A DNA stretch of 32,000 nucleotides from Candidatus Methylomirabilis limnetica (GTDB taxonomy: Bacteria > Methylomirabilota > Methylomirabilia > Methylomirabilales > Methylomirabilaceae): positions 2,030 to 34,029 of the forward strand of contig NZ_NVQC01000012.1 in NCBI RefSeq assembly GCF_003044035.1, given 5' to 3'. Shown here one piece after another: positions 27,352 to 32,000 of the stretch; position 1 is the stretch's first letter; the number at the start of each line of letters is the position of its first letter. The notes below the pieces were generated by a model, which saw only the letters and a program-made list of their open reading frames with translations, was not told the origin of the DNA and searched no databases. The translations under genes were made by a program, and so were the position numbers.

Positions 27352-27627
27352 ATGACAGTCAAACTGAAAGATATGCGACCCGAAGGAGTAGTGACCCGGA
27401 TCGGCAAGGGGGCGCGAGTCGTGATTCCAGCCGCGCTCCGTAAAGCACTCGCGCTTCACCCGGGCGACCTTGTGGTCCTTCAGGTCGAGCAGGACACGTT
27501 GCGGCTGATCCCGCTTCGGCAGGCCATTGCTGAGGCACAACACCGCGTTCGCCAGTACATCCCGGTAGGCACTGCCCTTACCGAATCACTACTCCAGGAG
27601 CGCCGGAGAGAGGCGCAGCGTGAGTAG
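27352..27627 (+). CDS. vapB: AbrB/MazE/SpoVT-family antitoxin
   Basis: RIGKGARVVIPAALRKALALHPGDLVVLQVEQDTLRLIP: a SpoVT-AbrB swapped-hairpin motif. It overlaps the downstream PIN gene. Confidence 0.85.
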   Translation: MTVKLKDMRPEGVVTRIGKGARVVIPAALRKALALHPGDLVVLQVEQDTLRLIPLRQAIAEAQHRVRQYIPVGTALTESLLQERRREAQRE

Positions 27628-28003
27628 GGTCGTCCTCGATGCCTCCGCGATCCTTACCCTGCTAAATCAGGAGGAGGGAGCGGAACGGGTCGCTCCTTTC
27701 CTGGCGGATGCTGTGATCTCGACGGTGAACCTGGCCGAGGTCGTCACGCGTCTAGCTCTTGCAGGGATGCCGGAGACCGCCATTCGGGAGGCCTTAGCCC
27801 TCCTGCCTCTTGAATCGGTGCCGTTCGACGTCGGGCAGGCCATCGATGTGGGGCTGCTCGCGCCTACGACCAAGCTCTCAGGGCTGTCGCTGGGCGATCG
27901 GGCCTGCCTGGTCCTGGCCCACCGTCTCGACGCCACTGCGGTCACAGCGGATCAGGCATGGGTGGGCATCGACGCCGGAGTGGCTGTCGAGCTGATCCGT
28001 TGA
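27620..28003 (+). CDS. vapC: PIN-domain toxin
   Basis: VVLDASAILTLLNQEEG ... NLAEVV ... SLGDRACLVLA: PIN motifs. GTG start overlaps the vapB stop. Confidence 0.85.
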   Translation: MSRVVLDASAILTLLNQEEGAERVAPFLADAVISTVNLAEVVTRLALAGMPETAIREALALLPLESVPFDVGQAIDVGLLAPTTKLSGLSLGDRACLVLAHRLDATAVTADQAWVGIDAGVAVELIR

Positions 28004-28120
28004 TTCGGATGTTCACGAACACAGATTGGTCCGGTGCCCTGAGTTCAACGGAAGCCTGGCCAAGGGGGAACCTATACGGCTCCATGTCGTGCACATGCTG
28101 CCAATTGCGGATTTCGGTCC

Positions 28121-28290
28121 ATCGTGAACGCCAGGATCACTTCATCGTGAACGCGAAGATCACTCGATCGTGAACGCCGGGATCAGCCATCGTGAACACG
28201 TAGATCGGTATCGTGAACACGTAGATCGGTATCGTGAACACGCGGATCGGTATCGTGAACACGCGGATCAGTCATCGTGAACACGTAGAC
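28121..28290 (+). repeat. Eight tandem 21-23-bp repeats (atcgtgaacRc...) inside the IS21 left end
   Basis: Repeat starts are at 28121, 28144, 28167, 28189, 28210, 28231, 28252 and 28274. Confidence 0.9.
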
Positions 28291-28393
28291 AACCCCCGGG
28301 AAATCGGCGACCCTTACTCCCATGAGCGGGTGCCGAGAGCAACAGCGACGTTGGATGGTCCAGCGCGCCATTCCGCTCCAGGAAGGAGTGGCA

Positions 28394-29938
28394 ATGGCGA
28401 CCGAGCGACTACCCATGCGTCAGATCCGAGAGATCCTCCGCCAGAAGTGGACCCTGACCCGTAGCCACCGGCAGGTGGCCTCTAGCCTCGCGGTCAGTCT
28501 TGGGACCGTGACCGGCGTCCTCCGCCGGGCAACCCACGCCGGGCTTGACTGGCCCCACGTCCAGACCCTGACCGATGACGCCCTGGAGATCCGTCTCTAC
28601 GGCGCACCAGCCACCCCCGGGGTGACCCGCCCGCTCCCCGATTGCGCCTACCTGCACACCGAACGACGCAAGCCCGGGGTGACGTTAGAACTGCTCCACC
28701 TCGAGTACCTGGAGCAGCATCCCACCGGCTACCGCTACACCCGCTTCTGCGATCTCTACCGCCGTTGGCTGGCCCGCCATCGCCTCACTATGCGCCAGGA
28801 CCATCGAGCCGGCGAGAAGATCTTCGTCGATTACGCCGGGCAGAAACCGACCCTCGTCGATCCCACCACCGGCGTGGTTACCGAAGTAGAGCTCTTCGTC
28901 GGTGTCCTCGGGGCCAGCAACTACACCTACGCGGAAGCCACCCGCACCCAGCGGGTCCCCGACTGGCTCGGGAGCCATCAGCGACTCCTGGCGTTCATGG
29001 GCGGGGTGCCGAGCGCCATTGTCCCGGACCAGTTGAAGACCGGGGTCACCGTCCCTTGCCGGTACGAGCCCGGCCTGCAGAGGACCTACGAAGAGTTCGC
29101 CCAGCACTACGGCACCACGATCCTCCCCGCCCGGCCGGCGAAGCCACGGGACAAGGCGAAAATCGAAGTGGCCGTGCAGATCGCCGAACGGTGGATCCTC
29201 GCCCGACTCCGGCACGAGGCGTTCGGCTCGCTAGGAGCCCTGAACGCCCGGATCTGGGAACTGCTCACCGCCCTGAACAGCCGCCGAATGCGCTCCTACC
29301 AGGCGAGCCGCCAGGAGCTGTTCGAGCGGCTGGACCGTCCGGCGCTCCGGCCCTTGCCCCCGGCGCCCTTCGTCTACGGCGAGTGGAAACTCGCCCGCGT
29401 GAACATTGACTACCACGTGGAACTCGACGGCCACTACTACTCGGTGCCCCATGCTCTGGTGCACGAACGAGTGGACGTCCGCAGCACGGCCATGACAGTG
29501 GAGATCTTCCACCACGGCCAGCGAGTGGCCGCCCATGTCCGCAGCATTTCCCGCGGGCGGCACACCACCCTTACCGCTCACATGCCCAAGGCCCACCAGC
29601 AGCACCGGGAGTGGAGTCCCTCTCGGCTCATCGCGTGGGCCGAGACCGTCGGGCCGCAGACCGCCGCCCTGGTCGAGGCCATCCTGGCGAGCCGCCCCCA
29701 CCCGGAGCAGGGCTACCGGTCGTGTCTGGGGATCCTGCGCCTCGCGCGGCGAGATGGGCCCCTGCGGCTCGAGGCGGCGTGTACCCGGGCACTCGCAGTG
29801 GGCGCGCGCTCCTACCGGCACGTCGATGCGATCTTGAAGCACGGACTCGACCGTTCTCCAGTGCCGGACGCCGGTTCAGTCCCCACTGCCCGCCCGGTCA
29901 TCCACGACCAGTTGCGCGGGCCCACCTACTATCAGTGA
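28394..29938 (+). CDS. istA: IS21-family transposase
   Basis: ATG 5 nt after GGAAGGAG. N-terminal HTH (MRQIREILR), DDE region (FVDYAG..., ...VPDQLKTGV) and the typical IstA length. Confidence 0.9.
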   Translation: MATERLPMRQIREILRQKWTLTRSHRQVASSLAVSLGTVTGVLRRATHAGLDWPHVQTLTDDALEIRLYGAPATPGVTRPLPDCAYLHTERRKPGVTLELLHLEYLEQHPTGYRYTRFCDLYRRWLARHRLTMRQDHRAGEKIFVDYAGQKPTLVDPTTGVVTEVELFVGVLGASNYTYAEATRTQRVPDWLGSHQRLLAFMGGVPSAIVPDQLKTGVTVPCRYEPGLQRTYEEFAQHYGTTILPARPAKPRDKAKIEVAVQIAERWILARLRHEAFGSLGALNARIWELLTALNSRRMRSYQASRQELFERLDRPALRPLPPAPFVYGEWKLARVNIDYHVELDGHYYSVPHALVHERVDVRSTAMTVEIFHHGQRVAAHVRSISRGRHTTLTAHMPKAHQQHREWSPSRLIAWAETVGPQTAALVEAILASRPHPEQGYRSCLGILRLARRDGPLRLEAACTRALAVGARSYRHVDAILKHGLDRSPVPDAGSVPTARPVIHDQLRGPTYYQ

Positions 29939-29963
29939 ACCGATACACAGACAGGAGAGAGAC

Positions 29964-30704
29964 ATGCTCAGCCCCCCGACGATGGAGACGCTCCACGCTC
30001 TGAAGCTCACCACTTTGGCGGCCGCCTGGACCGCCCAGCAGCAGGACGCTGCTATGAGCCAGCTTGGCTTCGACGAACGCCTCGGCCTTCTGGTCGAGGC
30101 CGAGTGGCTCGCCCGGGAGAACGCCCGGTTCACCCGAACCCTTAAGACCGCCAAACTGAAGCTCAGCCAGGCGTGTCTTGAGGCGATCGAGTACCCGGCC
30201 CGGCGGGCACTCGACAAGGCCCTGATCCGCCAGCTCGCCACCGGTCGCTGGATCGCCGAGCATCAGCACGTGCTCATCAGCGGGGCGACCGGGACCGGGA
30301 AGACCTTCGTCGCCTGTGCTCTGGTCCACCAGGCGTGCCGGCAAGGGTACCGGGCCCTCTACTGGCGTCTCTCCCGACTCTTCCATGCCTTGGCCCTCGC
30401 GCGGGCTGATGGGACGTACGCCCGGCTCCTCGCGACGCTGGCCCGGGTGGACGTCTTGCTCTTGGACGACTTCGGCCTGGCCCCCCTGCAGGAGGCCGAA
30501 CGCCGCGACCTCCTGGAGATCCTGGAGGACCGATACGGCACCCGCTCGACGATCGTCACCAGCCAATTGCCCCCGGCGCATTGGCATGAGGCGATCGGAG
30601 AGCCGACCCTCGCGGATGCTATTTGTGATAGACTCCTTCACAACAGCCACCGTGTCATGCTACAAGGACCCTCACAGCGAAAGGAGAAGAAGCTCGAAGC
30701 CTAA
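29964..30704 (+). CDS. istB: IS21 helper ATPase
   Basis: Walker A GATGTGKT and Walker B VLLLDDFG. Ends in the typical IstB ICDRLLHNSHRV. Confidence 0.92.
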   Translation: MLSPPTMETLHALKLTTLAAAWTAQQQDAAMSQLGFDERLGLLVEAEWLARENARFTRTLKTAKLKLSQACLEAIEYPARRALDKALIRQLATGRWIAEHQHVLISGATGTGKTFVACALVHQACRQGYRALYWRLSRLFHALALARADGTYARLLATLARVDVLLLDDFGLAPLQEAERRDLLEILEDRYGTRSTIVTSQLPPAHWHEAIGEPTLADAICDRLLHNSHRVMLQGPSQRKEKKLEA

Positions 30705-30730
30705 CGGACTCCCAGCGTCGCTTCGCTTCC

Positions 30731-30784
30731 GTTCACGATGACCGATCTGGGTGTTCACGATGGAGCGATCTAGGTGTTCACGAT
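30731..30784 (-). repeat. Three inverted copies of the same repeat in the IS21 right end
   Basis: gttcacgat at 30731, 30753 and 30776. Confidence 0.85.
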
Positions 30785-30953
30785 GAGTGAAATGCGCAGC
30801 CAATCATCGACCCGACTATTTTCCGAGTCTATTCACGCCCAGGAAAACCAATAGTTGTCAACTACACCTTCATGCCAGTTTTACGGTGCGCACCCGGTAA
30901 CCTTCGAAGTCGAGGTGAAAAACCGCGCGAACCGATGCGGAACAAGCGCAGTC

Positions 30954-31217
30954 TCATTGTTCGTAGACATCTCTGCGGTGGGCAATCCGGGTGACGCTCA
31001 CCGTCTTATGGTCATCATCAATAATGTACACGATACGATGATCGCCGAATCGGATACGCCAGAGATCCTTGTATCCGCGCAGTTTCTTGCAGGCTGACGG
31101 TCTTGGACTAACGACCAGACCATCAATCCTCGACACCAGGTTCGCGAGGAGCTTATCGCTCAAGCGCTCCAACTCCTTCCGTGCGGACGGCTTGATATCC
31201 AGAGTGTATCTAGCCAC
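30954..31217 (-). CDS. RelE/ParE-family toxin
   Basis: YTLDIKPSARKELERL ... KKLRGYKDLWRIRFGDHRIVYIIDDDHKTVSVTRIAHRRDVY: the RelE/StbE pattern. Confidence 0.85.
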   Translation of the reverse strand: MARYTLDIKPSARKELERLSDKLLANLVSRIDGLVVSPRPSACKKLRGYKDLWRIRFGDHRIVYIIDDDHKTVSVTRIAHRRDVYEQ

Positions 31218-31401
31218 GCAGGCGACCGCGTTTGATCAAATCCGCCTTGACGGTTTCGAAGGGAACGCCTTTCTCCTTGCGCCGTTGTTCAGAGACAAGC
31301 CCGTCGTAGAAATCCTCCCACAGCGCCCTATGTTTGCGAAGGTCGATCTGTACGGCCACCTTTCGGCCCTTCTCATCGGTCAGAAACTGAATACCGGTCA
31401 T
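31210..31401 (-). CDS. Cognate antitoxin of the RelE/ParE toxin (63 aa)
   Basis: Internal ATG with GGGAG upstream. It overlaps the toxin start by 8 nt. Confidence 0.7.
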   Translation of the reverse strand: MTGIQFLTDEKGRKVAVQIDLRKHRALWEDFYDGLVSEQRRKEKGVPFETVKADLIKRGRLRG

Positions 31402-32000
31402 GGATTTCTCCCTTTCGCACAAGAGCTGGTGATGTGACTCGTCACTCGGTTCATCGATACCCAACATCGGCTGACATAAGATACAGCGTTGTACACCGCA
31501 AGTCTAATCTGCCTTCCTAAAACAAGGCACCTTGGCGCAGGATGCTGGTCTAAGATGCCCCGATGAAGGGTGGTGAACCGAGCGTGGGCGAGACGAGGCG
31601 CTGCGACCAATGCATGAAACTCTAGATTACGGGGGTGTAATCTACACTTCACTCGGTTGGCAGGCGCGGTTCCTGCGAGCACCACCAATCTACACTCTAG
31701 CGCCTCACATGTGGCTCTCAGGGAGCCTCCAGATGATCGCTTCGAGCGGGCGCCGAACTCAACGGGATCCTGGCCTTCATCCCTGACGGGGCGACGATCC
31801 GAATCATATGCCCATCGGCCTGCTGCCGCCTTGTAAAAATCAGCCGACCGTAAAAAGAACGGCAACTAATTTTGGCTCTTCGCGTAATCGAGTGGGTGAA
31901 TTTCATGTTTTTCAGAGTGCCGGGAGCATGGACGTGAGTATTTTCAGCCTCAGATATTCTTCATCCCGCAGCCCATACGCACGGCGTTGGATAACCCGTA

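Larger units (their letters stand above)
28106..30798 (+). mobile_element. Intact IS21-family insertion sequence (2693 bp) with 6-bp target duplication
   Basis: Ends are TGCGGATTTC... and ...GAAATGCGCA (TG/CA). Imperfect inverted repeats, and GCCAAT on both flanks (28100-28105, 30799-30804). It carries istA and istB. Confidence 0.92.

Noticed and set aside
28121-28290. Possible CRISPR array (regular ~22-bp periodicity)
   Set aside because: The units are contiguous with no unique spacers, and they lie inside the IS21 left end, matched by inverted copies at the right end. The 77-aa ORF 28183-28416 (DPRVHDT repeats) is an artefact of the array.
31700-31906. Decayed BrnT/DUF497-like toxin (MKF..., PLDYAKSQN, IRIV..RPVRDEGQD spread over two or three frames)
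   Set aside because: It requires several frameshifts, and the matches are only a few residues long. It is too weak to annotate.
31950-32000. 3' end of a - strand gene (...YGLSNAVRMGCGMKNI stop)
   Set aside because: Only 16 codons are visible, which is not identifiable.

Overview
High-GC (about 60% by eye) bacterial chromosomal segment. I had no database access, so every call comes from reading the sequence and the ORF track.

Housekeeping genes: a THUMP RNA methyltransferase 5' end, a trmH-like gene, leuCD, a pcaD-like hydrolase, gltBD, a PAS sensor kinase, tRNA-Glu(CUC), PBP1A, a NUDIX hydrolase and msrPQ. These are interleaved with decayed accessory DNA.

Accessory DNA:
- 0.3-5.3 kb is a junkyard holding hsdS, DUF4011-helicase and HEPN remnants, an HNH two-gene module, an MNT gene and several small repeat families.
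- 8.5-9.6 kb is a low-GC tandem duplication of a 95-aa gene cassette.
- 18.3-20.1 kb is a low-GC islet with an ISL3 remnant next to the tRNA.
- 25.3-31.5 kb is a toxin-antitoxin-rich island. It is bracketed on the left by a 95-bp duplication of the msrQ 3' end and carries an intact IS21 element with a 6-bp target duplication.

The most interesting signal is an unannotated ~200-nt element present three times, co-oriented, within 3.2 kb (364-560, 1462-1676, 2919-3204). The complete copy looks like a TA-flanked MITE. The substitution pattern between copies fits a + strand hairpin plus pseudoknot RNA. I could not match it to any RNA or IS family I know. It needs covariation and expression tests.
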